64,000 nucleotides of DNA from the NCBI RefSeq assembly GCF_003918875.1, contig NW_025766974.1, forward strand, positions 496,001 through 560,000. The letters run 5' to 3'. Origin of the DNA: Haliotis rubra. Taxonomy: Eukaryota. The notes beneath the pieces are model-generated. The model saw only the letters and a list, made by a program, of their open reading frames with translations. It was not told where the DNA came from and did no database searches. Positions within the stretch are counted from its first letter, which is position 1. Each line of letters opens with the position of its first letter. Below, one piece after another: positions 13,801 to 25,800 of this stretch. A program made the translations under genes and the position numbers.

Positions 13801-16800
13801 CCTGTTGAAATAACAAGTGTTATGAACCTTGAATGTCCAAATTTTACAATTCAGCCATTATATAGGTTCTGAGTTTTCTGGGCATTTGTGTCCAGGCACA
13901 CATAGTGAGTACTGTGAGTTATATGTTGATATCCTCAGTTCCAGCCTTCTGCGACTCCTCACCTTGCCTGAATGGCGGAACCTGTAGCAACAACCAGCTC
14001 AACTTCACATGTGACTGTCGTAGTGGCTTTACTGGGGACATGTGCGAGATCCGCAACCAGACATGTGCAATGAAGGATTGTGGGATGTCTGTGGGCTGTA
14101 TCGATGACCCAGTGACTGGCTTGTCTGACTGTCTGTGTGGCACCGGCTATGTCAAGGTGGAAGGTCAGTCAAGGAAGAGTCCTGATGTCAGTAATGGATG
14201 CTATTTTTTGGCTTTCTTGTGGGTTCTACCTTGACATTGACGAAATGATTGATTCTCATGTGAAAGAGGTTTCCATTTAACTACTGAAACCTGTTTTTAA
14301 ATTTAGCCATATCACATAACATCTGTGCATATGAATATGTAGATTGCCTACAAATTGATATATGATAAAAGGCCAATCAGAACTGTATATGTATCACCTA
14401 TATCAGAAAACAGTGTGCATTCTATAATATAGATCTCATCCAAAAGAAGCAACATTGTATATCAATCTGATACTGCAGAATACAGTGACTTTCTTCATCA
14501 ATCTGATACTGCAGAATACAGTGACTTTCTTTATCAATCTGATATTGCAGAATACAGTGACTTTCCTTATCAGTCTGATACTACAGAATACACTGATTTT
14601 CTTTATCAGGCTGTCATACTACAGAATACAGTGACTTTCTGACTTTCTTTATCAATCTGATACTGCAGAATACAGTGACTTTCTTTATCAATCTGATACT
14701 ACAAAATACGGTGACTTTTTTATCAGTCTGTTACTACAGAGTACAATGACTTCCTTTATCAAGCTGATACTGCAGAATACAGTATGTACCGTATTTCCTT
14801 TAATAAGCGCCCGCGGTGTTCTTTTTCAACAGACCTCCAGACCTGGCGCTTATTAGAGGCCCAGCACTTATTAAAATACCCTGTGTTTTTAAAAGCGGGG
14901 ATGAGTACATGAAGTTATGATTTAAGGGACCATTCCTTAATATATTTATTTATAGACCAAGGGAGAATACATTTGCGAAAAAATGCAATTATTAAAGACC
15001 CGGTGCTTATTAGAGGCCCGGTGCTTATTTCTTAAAGCACTGCTTTATCCCCGGCGTTTATTAGAGGCCCTGCACTTAATAGAGACCCAGCGCTTAATAG
15101 AGGAAATACGGTATTCTATATCAATATGTTGCAAAGGAATACAGCAACATTGTTTTTGTATTTGTTACCATACAGAAGGCTGTACTGCCATCGACTACTG
15201 TCAGAATGGGTTGTGTATGAACGGTGGTACATGTGTGAACACTGAGGGGGGCTACACCTGCAACTGTCCCCATGTAGCCGTGTGATATTTCATTCTGCTA
15301 AAACAGAAAGTGTGGTATTTCGTACATAGTTTGGGCATATGTCAGTTCATATTTTATTTTATTAAAAAAAATATATAAAAAATAAAATAAATAAACCAAA
15401 AACAAACTACCTTTTTATAAAATATAGAAAATTACCTGAAGTGCCATGTGGGTGCTGTAATAGCAGTCATGTCATGTCATGTCATTGTCTGGTCTTGATT
15501 GTTTACTAACACTGGTCACTATCTTGGTTCCTCGGTTCTTCCAATTTTCACCCTCTTCTTTTTCTGAATTGGGAATCATCCCAATTCACTTCAATTCTTC
15601 TTTTCTATAAGTAGACTCACCTTATTGCCACTTACCTGCCACTGATTGGTTTCTTATGGGGCGGTGGGGTAGCCTAGTGGTTAAAGCGTTGGCTCGTCAC
15701 GCCGAAGACCCGGGTTCGATTCCCCACATGGGCACAATGTGTGAAGTCCATTTCTGGTGTCCCCCCGCCGTGATGTTGCTGGAATATTGCTAAAAGCGGC
15801 GTAAAACTAAACTCAGTCAGTCAGTGGTTTCTTATGCCAAACAATTCTCTTCTTGGCTGTGATTGGCCCTATTGGTTTGCCATAGTTTTCTTGTTGCTCA
15901 CCTGTAGATTGTTCTTTAGTGTGTGTACCTGTCCCTCACTGAGAGACATTCTCCTTCTATATGCAGGTGAGTCAACCTTTCACAGTTTCATTGGAGATAA
16001 GTTAGGCATAGGTTTACTAAATTTATTAAACATGTTAAACAGTTATTACAATTATCAACTATTAACTATCAACTAGAACATACTTTAATTAAAATTAACA
16101 TTTATATATCTGGTCAATTTATAAACTTAACAATGGCCATGTGCTTGTTAGCGTCGGCCATGACAGTTTTCCATTATAATATGTAAAGTCATAGTTGGCA
16201 CATGTGTTTGGTACAGTCACATACTGTGCATTGATGTAGTGTTTGTAATATTCATGTAATGTTGCTATGGTTGGCCAAACTGTACTGTTATTGTTGTTAA
16301 ATGTGACAGTGTGTGTACCTGTCCCTCACTGAGAGACATTCTCCTTCTATATGCAGGCAGGTGCACACAGTCATTTCACCATCCACAATAAAGACATTCA
16401 TAGTTGGCCCTGGTTGACTCTTGTATGTGCAGCGTCGTTCAGAGACACGAGTATTATACCCCTGGACCACGGTCTCAACATTAATGAATGTGTGCTCTGC
16501 GACCCGACTGGTGTGAACAGTTGTATAGATGAAATCAACAGCTACACCTGTCTCTGTAAGCCAGGATACACAGATGCAAACTGCTCAGTAAGAACCACAG
16601 ACTACTACTAATGGGTCTGTTTGCAAACATTCAGTTTGATGGTCAGGAACAATTTAAGTTGTTTATTGGATGTACTTTTCTTGAAAATTTGAATGTAATT
16701 CATGCACATTTTTTGTACAGTAAATGACATTGATATTGTTGCAAATAATTAAGAACATAATATCTATTGATACAATATGTGATATTTTTTATGGGCAACA

Positions 16801-19800
16801 CCCATCTTCATCAGAACTTCCACAAATTCACGTACATGAGTGTAAATACATCAAACCCAGGACAATGTGATATTTCTAACTCCAGCATTACAGCATTACC
16901 ATGACATAATCTCATGTCTCACCTCTGTGCTTGGCACTCTTTGAAACAGACAAACATTGATGAATGTATCAGCGCCCCCTGTCAACAAGCTGGGATGTGC
17001 GTAGATGGCATCGATGACTATTCCTGTATCTGCCCAAACGGATGGACTGGCAAGGACTGTGATTCGCTTGTTGACCAGTGTGCAGTAAACAACACATGTG
17101 ATAATACAGCACCTTGCCACAGCCTCTTCAATGACATCTACTGCAGGTACCTGTCATAGCGACTAATGCAGGACAGCCATCGTCCAAATATTTAAAAAGT
17201 CCAAAAACTATGTAGCCAAGAAATGTGAGAGTTAATTGTAATTATTTAATCTGCATTTTTAATCCTTATCACTACCGCAGCGTACATTATCTTGTCAGTC
17301 ACCCTGTATCACTCTGTCACTTTCATTATTGACTATATGTGACATTAATAGCCTTATTGTTCATGCCCCTTGGCAGTGTCTGCCATCACATCATCTGGTC
17401 AAGGAAGTGCTATTGTTTCTCTATCTTTCTGCCGCCATATAGCTGGAATATTGCTGAGTGCGGCATAAAACTAAACTCACTCACTCTCTATCTGTCCATT
17501 GTTGAGTCATCACCTGTCCATTGTTGTCAAAAACTGTATATATATGCTCACATCTGTATTGTCAAGGAGTCCGATATTCCGACTGTCTGTGTAGGGACGA
17601 CCGCAAGCTGGATAATGCCGCTCGTGGGAAACGCCCTGGGGTTGAGCTGGAACTCCACTCACCTCATTTATGTATACTTGTTTATGTCATGTACTGTAGA
17701 ACCAACTAAAGAAGTTTGAACTCAACTATGCCTTTGTCTTCGTCAACCTATTGCTTCGTCTTACTTCCAAGCTAATTCCCCTGTTGACCATAGGTAAGCG
17801 TTGACATACCACCCGCACCCCGTTACATATAAATACCCTGTAACTTCCATTTGTTGCACTGGATGGAGAAGAGTCTGTTGACCCGGTGTGGTTGAGTGTC
17901 TCTTCAGTGTAATAGGTATATGTCTTGTTGGAACTGAAATGTCTTGTCCAAATACTGTGTATCGCTGTGTATAAAGCCACCCCATATATAAGATGTATGC
18001 TCCATCTATAAAATGACCTGGATCTATCACCAGCACAGGCAGGATCCCTATAAATCACAATAAAACTTATTTGTCTTGTGTTGTTTAAATGGTGCATATC
18101 AGTGATAAACTGCAGCACGTACCATCATGTGTGTAGACATGGTGTGATGGGAATACTAAGAACATTCTCATTTTCAAACATTTCAATGGGCAATCGTGAT
18201 CAGGGTGAGGCTCATGTAAATTTTTTGGATACATTGGAAGTTTATATTCCAAAATATGTCTTGGAATAGATATTTGGGGGGAATTGCAAAATTTTACTAT
18301 AAAAAATCAGTGGCTATTGGACACCGGTTGACATCGCTAGTGAATCCTTGAAGTGATAAAAAACTGTGAGACTTTCTACCACATGCATACTGCAACCCTG
18401 TTCAAACCCCTCTAATTACAGTTAGGAACAATGCACAGCCAGTCAGTGTAACCCCTGTAACCTCCTGTACATCCTGATGTGTGACCTCACTATAGCTGAA
18501 CCAAAACTTATCCAGTAGAAACACAACTTTTTCTTGTTCCGCATCACCCAGTCTAGCAGTCCTACATGTGGTCACACCAGTATCACGCTGTTGGGTTATA
18601 TATTTCTATAGCTTGTCTTTTCTCCACAACAGGTGTTCAGATTTTACTCATGGTGACCGATGTGAAAATGTCCTTGACCTATGTGAGGATGCCAACCCTT
18701 GCCTTGACCGTGCACTCTGTGTTGACAACGGCACAGCAGCTTCGTGTCAATGTCCTCCCGGTGAGCTAATAGCTACAAGTCTCTAACATAGCTACTGTGT
18801 CTTTATAACCAGTTTCTTGACCAACTACGTCCTCAGCTGAACCTCAGATGAGATCCTGTCAATCCAGGGCATCTCAGAATGATTGGAAAACCCAGTCACA
18901 TAGGTGTAACATGTCTCCTCAGACAAGTGACTTCGTTAGAATTCTGTCTGTTCACTAACCATGGGTACCTGATGACATGGCAGTTTGTCTGTTAATAGTC
19001 TACTGCCTCACAGACAAAATATCACTTGGGTGAGAGCTCTATATTCAAAGAAATATCGAGGAAAAATTGAATCTCAATGCTTTGCATTAATTAAAGTGAT
19101 GTTGTGGCAAATTTCTCAGCCACTCTACACTCACTCACTCACTCACTCACCCACTCTTGTGCTAATTTCAGAGCTCTACAAGATGGTCAAGGCCAAGGAT
19201 TGTTCTCTGTAATGTGATCTCTAATGTGATCTGCTTCATTTGTCTGTTGTTCTTCCAGCCCTAACAAGTCATGGTCTTACCTAATCTCAACATTCCCAGT
19301 GTCAGTAATTGAATTATATCTGTATCCTACCTGTCTCCACAGAGACCTCTGGCACATCGTGTAACGAGCTGATCATCCCCCAGTGTGATGCAAGTCTCTG
19401 TCAGAATGGGGGGCACCTGTTCCCGGACAGATGCAGGTGCCATCTCGTGTTCCTGTGTTCAAGGTCTGTGTTCATGTTCACACCCTTCATATTTTCATTA
19501 TTTCTGATTGAAACAGAAATAGAAAAATACCATACTGTCAGGGGGTTTCAAGATAAGTCTTAAGGGGTTACTGACAGTTGTAAATCAAATTTAGCAATCA
19601 CAAATATCAAATGAGTGTAAAGTTGAATTATTTTAGAAGTTATGATTATTTTGGTCAAAACTGTCAACTGGACATTTCAAAGGGCTTTCCATATGTCTAG
19701 AGCCAATGGTGTAGTTTACGAAGGGGATGGTGGGGCACGTAGAATGCTTAATGGTCAGAAGCTTTTGAACTGAGGAAGATGTTTCCAGCAGTAGTCCATG

Positions 19801-22800
19801 ATAGTGTTGCTTGTAGGATACACGGGCAGCCTGTGTGAGACCAACGAGGATGACTGTGCCACTAGTCCATGTGTATCCCCAGCCACCTGCCTGGATGGTG
19901 TGAACAAATACTTCTGTCGCTGTCCGGTGGGGAAACAGCCGCCCACATGTAATACAGGTAAGATGGTGAAGGTAACCCATGTGTATCCCCAGCAATCTGC
20001 CGGGATGATGTGAACAAATACTTTTGTCGCTGTCCGGTGGGGAAACAGCCGCCCACATGTAATACAGGTAAGATGGTGAAGGTAACCCATGTGTATCCCC
20101 AGCAATCTGCCGGGATGGTGTGAACAAATACTTTTGTCGCTGTCCGGTGGGGAAACAGCCGCCCACATGTAATACAGGTAAGATGGTGAGGGTAACCCAT
20201 GTGTATCCCCAGCCACCTGCCGGGATGGTGTGAACAAATACTTCTGTCGCTGTCTGGTGGGGAAACAGCCGCTCACATGTAATACAGGTAAGATGGTGAA
20301 GGTAACCCATGTGTATCCCCAGCAACCTGCCTGGATGGTGTGAACAAATACTTCTGTCGCTGTCCAGTGGGGAAACAGCCGCCCACATGTAATACAGGTA
20401 AGATGGTGAAGGTAACCCATGTGTATCCCCAGCAACCTGCCTGGATGGTGTGAACAAATACTTCTGTCGCTGTCCGGTGGGGAAACAGCAGCCCACATGT
20501 AATACAGGTAAGATGGTGAAGGTAACCCATGTGTATCCCCAGCCACCTGCCTGGATGGTGTGAACAAATACTTCTGTCGCTGTCCGGTGGGGAAACAGCC
20601 GCCCACATGTAATACAGGTAAGATGGTGAGGGTAACCCATGTGTATCCCCAGCAACCTGCCTTGATAGTGTGAACAAATACTTCTGTCGCTGTCCGGTGG
20701 GGAAACAGCCACCCACATGTAATACAGGTAAGATGGTGAGGGTAACCCATGTGTATCCCCAGCAACCTGCCTGGATGGTGTGAACAAATACTTCTGTCGC
20801 TGTCCAGTGGGGAAACAGCTGCCCACATGTAATACAGGTAAGATGGTGAAGGTAACCCATGTGTATCCCCAGCCACCTGCCAGGATGGTGTGAACAAATA
20901 CTTCTGTCGCTGTCCGGTGGGGAAACAGCCGCCCACATGTAATACAGGTAAGATGGTGAGGGTAACCCATGTGTATCCCCAGCAACCTGCCTTGATGGTG
21001 TGAACAAATACTTCTGTGGCTGTCCGGTGGGGAAACAGCCGCCCACATGTAATACAGGTAAGATGGTGAGGGTAACCCATGTGTATCCCCAGCAACCTGT
21101 CAGGATGGTGTGAACAAATACTTCTGTCGCTGTTCGGTGGGGAAACAGCCGCCCACATGTAATACAGGTAAGATGGTGAAGGTAACCCATGTGTATACCC
21201 AGCAACCTGCCTGGATGGTGTGAACAAATACTTCTGTCGCTGTCCAGTGGGGAAACAGCAGCCCACATGTAATACAGGTAAGATGGTGAAGGTAACCCAT
21301 GTGTATCCCCAGCAACCTGCCTGGATGGTGTGAACAAATACTTCTGTCGCTGTCCGGTGGGGAAACAGCAGCCCACATGTAATACAGGTAAGATGGTGAA
21401 GGTAACCCATGTGTATCCCCAGCCACCTGCCTGGATGGTGTGAACAAATACTTCTGTCGCTGTCCGGTGGGGAAACAGCCACCCACATGTAATACAGGTA
21501 AGATGGTGAGGGTAACCCATGTGTATCCCCAGCAACCTGCCTTGATGGTGTGAACAAATACTTCTGTCGCTGTCCAGTGGGGAAACAGCCGCCCACATGT
21601 AATACAGGTAAGATGGTGAGGGTAACCCATGTGTATCCCCAGCAACCTGCCTGGATGGTGTGAACAAATACTTCTGTCGCTGTCCGGTGGGGAAACAGCC
21701 GCCCACATGTAATACAGGTAAGATGGTGAAGGTAACCCATGTGTATCCCCAGCAACCTGCCTTGATGGTGTGAACAAATACTTCTGTCGCTGTCCAGTGG
21801 GGAAACAGCCACCCACATGTAATACAGGTAAGATGGTGAGGGTAACCCATGTGTATCCCCAGCAACCTGTCAGGATGGTGTGAACAAATACTTCTGTCGC
21901 TGTTCGGTGGGGAAACAGCCGCCCACATGTAATACAGGTAAGATGGTGAAGGTAACCCATGTGTATACCCAGCAACCTGCCTGGATGGTGTGAACAAATA
22001 CTTCTGTCAAACAGCCGCCACATGTAATACATGTGTATCCCCAGCAACCTGTCTAAAATCATCCTTGTTCTAGTGTGATGAAAGGTTCTCACATTCCCTG
22101 GGTTCAAACATATGTATTGTATAGCTAAGATTATTCTAGATTATGGTGAGTTACAGATCAAACACGCTGACTGGCTCACTGTGACATACCAGACTGAGTG
22201 GCCAGGTGGTCTTGGGTGCCATGAGTTGGTCTGAAGAGTTATGTCCCTTTGTTGCCAGGCTTCACTGATCATGGCTCAGAAATCCCAAGGTTATGACACT
22301 TGGACCCTTGTATGGTCAGTTAGCGCTATATGCATGCTTGTGGACTATGAAATATTTATACAAGTATTAATAATCTAAGTATGTTAACCCAGTCTCCTGC
22401 CTGTTCCTCCAGACGCAGATGTAGACTACGACATGTGTTTCCATCCATCCTTGACACACGGGAGTGCTGCTCTTCCATACTCCATCCCCATCACCTATGA
22501 CAACAATGGCGGCTACAGCATCACGATGTGGGTCAAGTATTCCAATGTTGATGGTCTTGGGACATTTTTCAGTCTCTATGAAGACATGTAAGTAAACAGC
22601 AAAATATTTACTAATAATCAAACAGATGAATGTCACCAGGGTGAGATCAGTAAAACTTAACTCAAAGATCTCACTGAAACTGGAGCTTGGTAGATGTATA
22701 ATAGTCTGTTGCCCAGTCCCTGAACCGCATTAAATTTACCCTCCGTCCAGCCCTTTCTGTAATGCTAAAACCCCAAATAAAATGTAATGCTAAAACCCAA

Positions 22801-25800
22801 AATGAAGCAGGTTTAGATTTCATTGGGTTCAGTATCTGAATCTCCCATCTCACTTAGTCTCCTTTTCAATTTAAAAAGAATTATTTAATTCTATCAAAAT
22901 TATATATACTCATGCCAATAATGGTTGTCACCCCACTCCCCACCCCAACCCCACACACACCTCACACCCCCACCCCGGTGTCCTCCCATTACGCAGACAG
23001 CCAGTTCGCAGACACCTTAAAACAACATTATTTACGGTTCAGTGAACAGATTATCTACTACCTGTTACCTACACATTATTACGGACTAGTCCAATAAAAA
23101 ACACAGGAACAATGGAAGCTAAATTCTTCAAAGGCATTTAGAAGTTGGTGTAGTAATACAAGACATGGATAACATAAATCAAGATTTGTCTTGTATTAAA
23201 ACTGAAGCTATATTATTTATTTTGAAAGACGGACGAAAAGACAGTAATTTGAATTTTTATTGCTGCAATATGAAAACAGTTTTTCACAAACATTTCGGTT
23301 TAACCTTCTAGTCTAACAGGTGTCGGCATCATTATATTGAAAACATTAGCTTATCTATTAGAAATTGCGACACTGATGTATCATATAAATCAAATAAAGA
23401 CAAATGTGAACCTAAATATTATTCATATGGAATAAAGAAGTTATATGTTTTGCACACAGTATTAAGATATATGACGAGTGCACTTAATTACGATTTATTT
23501 AGAATAAATATTTAAAATATGACGCATCATGTCAATGTGGCCATGGATGTGAGAATGTTTTTCATTACGTCCTTGAATGGCCATTGTATACTACTCAAAG
23601 ACATAAACTGTTACAATCTTTAGAAAGTATTGTTAAAATTAGAACACTGATTTGTATTAATCGTATCTTACATGGCAATGCAGGTGTCTCATTTACTGCA
23701 AATCAGAATGTTTTCAAATATGTACATATCTATATCTCTCCCACAAAACGTTTTCTCAGTTAACTTCTGTTGTACATATGCTATTATTTCAATAAACACA
23801 ATCAAACCTCTCAGTGACAAACCTGTTTTTATATTCTATAGTAATTGATAGTAAAACAAAATTTGGGAAGAGAAATCATTTATCATTTAAACACAACAAA
23901 GTTCTATTTACCTACAATCAAACTTCTCAGTAACGAACCTGTCTCAGGCTCACCCTGCTCTACTCACTAGACAGTGGATTGTTCCATTATACCCGTAGGT
24001 GTTACCCTAATTAACCTTCTAGTTCAGTGTCTGTCAATTGGGTGTCTGTCAAATGGGAGATAACCCCCACCCCCCACCCCCTCTCCAATTAAAAATATTG
24101 AAGGTGGTGACAACCATTATTGGCATGAGTATATATTCAGAGACTAAGCATTCGTCGGTAAACTGTTCACAAGTATACTGAATAACAGACTTTTCTTGAA
24201 ATAAATAATGTATTAACCCTGCCCAGGCGGGTTTTATGAATGACCACTCAACAAATGATAACATCTTTGTAATGAATATGCTCAACCAATTACTAAAAAT
24301 AGTAAAAGAAAACTGTGTTGTGCCTTTATTGACTTCTCGAAAACGTCCGATAATGTATGGAGGGTTGGGCTCTGGCATAAACTACTTAACAATGGAATTA
24401 AGGGTAGATTTTTAACTCTTGTTCAAGATATGTATGCTAACATCAAATTGTGTGTACTATCAAACAATTATATGTCGGATTACTTCCCATGCTACGCTGG
24501 CGTGCACCAAGGTGAAAACCTTTCCCCACTTATGTTCTGTTTATTCATAAATGACCTGGACAGATTCCTTACTAATGATGGATGTACATCTGTGAGTCTT
24601 CATAACTTCCCAGATATTGATATGAACCTATGTATTTCATTTATGATACTACTTTATGCAGATGACACAGTCTTTTTCGCTGATTCAGCCCCTGAACTTC
24701 AACGTACTCTTAACTCATTCCATAGATATTGCAACATGTGGCATCTAGAAGTAAATCTAGATAAAACAAAAGTACTTATATCTGGGAGCGGTCCAGCAAA
24801 ATACTCTAAGCTAAAGTTCTATGATGGAAATACTTTTGATTGACATTGCAGATGATTACATTTATCTTGGAGTGACTTTCAATAGAAACCGAAAATTCAA
24901 TAAAGAAATAAAACAACTTTCAGACAGCGCATCTAAAGCTATGTTTTGCCTTTTGAAAAAATCAAGAAACTTTAATACACCTATAGATTGTTTACTGAAA
25001 GCATTTGATGTTATGATTTCCCCGATCTTGCTTTATGGTTGTGAGACATGGGCATATGAAAATTTACAAGTTATAGAGAAGATTCATTTGAGATTTTTTA
25101 AATTAACTATTGGTTTACGTTACTCTACCCCGAATTATATGGTATATGGAGAACTAGGGAGAGTCTCCCTTTACATATTAGCTGTTAAAAGGGTAATTTG
25201 TTACTGGTATAAGCTACATTCTGTTGGAACTACTCCAAAACTATCAAAATTGAATTATAATTATGCACTTATCCAAGGCTCTAGAGAACACGAATATGAT
25301 ATTTAGACCAAATATGTAAAAGGTGTAAATGTGGCCTATCTTATATATTTCATAACCCCGTAAATGTTTCATGCCAATGGTTAACTTCTCAGGTGGAATC
25401 AATCCTAAAAGATCAATTTTACCAAAGTTGGAAAGTTGAGATAGAAAATATCCCTAAAGGTTTCTATTACAAATACATTAAAAATCTCCCGATTTTAGAA
25501 AACTATCTCCTCCTGCCGGCTAAGGTATATTTACCAATTTTAAAATACAGAACCTGTAACCACAACCTACCTGTTGAAGTTGGCCGTTGGCATGGCATTG
25601 ATCATGAAAACAGAACCTGTAACCACAACCTACCTGTTGAAGTTGGCCGTTGGCATGGCATTGATCGTGAAAACAGAACCTGTAACCACAACCTACCTGT
25701 TGAAGTTGGCCGTTGGCATGGCATTGATCGTGAAAACAGAACCCGTAACCATAACCTACCTGTTGAACTTGGCATGGCATTGATCGTAAAAACAGAACCT

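Noticed and set aside
15658-15735. Functional tRNA genes at 15658, 32155, 49003 and 59150
   Set aside because: The first three are SINE heads with a shared body, tail and TSDs; the last has mispaired stems.
10818-19957. Notch, Crumbs or fibropellin identity from the EGF array
   Set aside because: No LNR/ankyrin, multiple-LamG or avidin domains; the LamG-HYR-sushi-GCC-TM order fits an Uninflatable/SVEP1-like protein. No gene symbol assigned without phylogeny.
19633-22107. Long - strand ORFs of 335-687 aa
   Set aside because: Antisense readings of the 110-bp array cycling through three frames; no domain content of their own.
24430-25306. Domesticated or active reverse transcriptase gene
   Set aside because: 5'-truncated with several frameshifts and stops; ordinary dead LINE copy.
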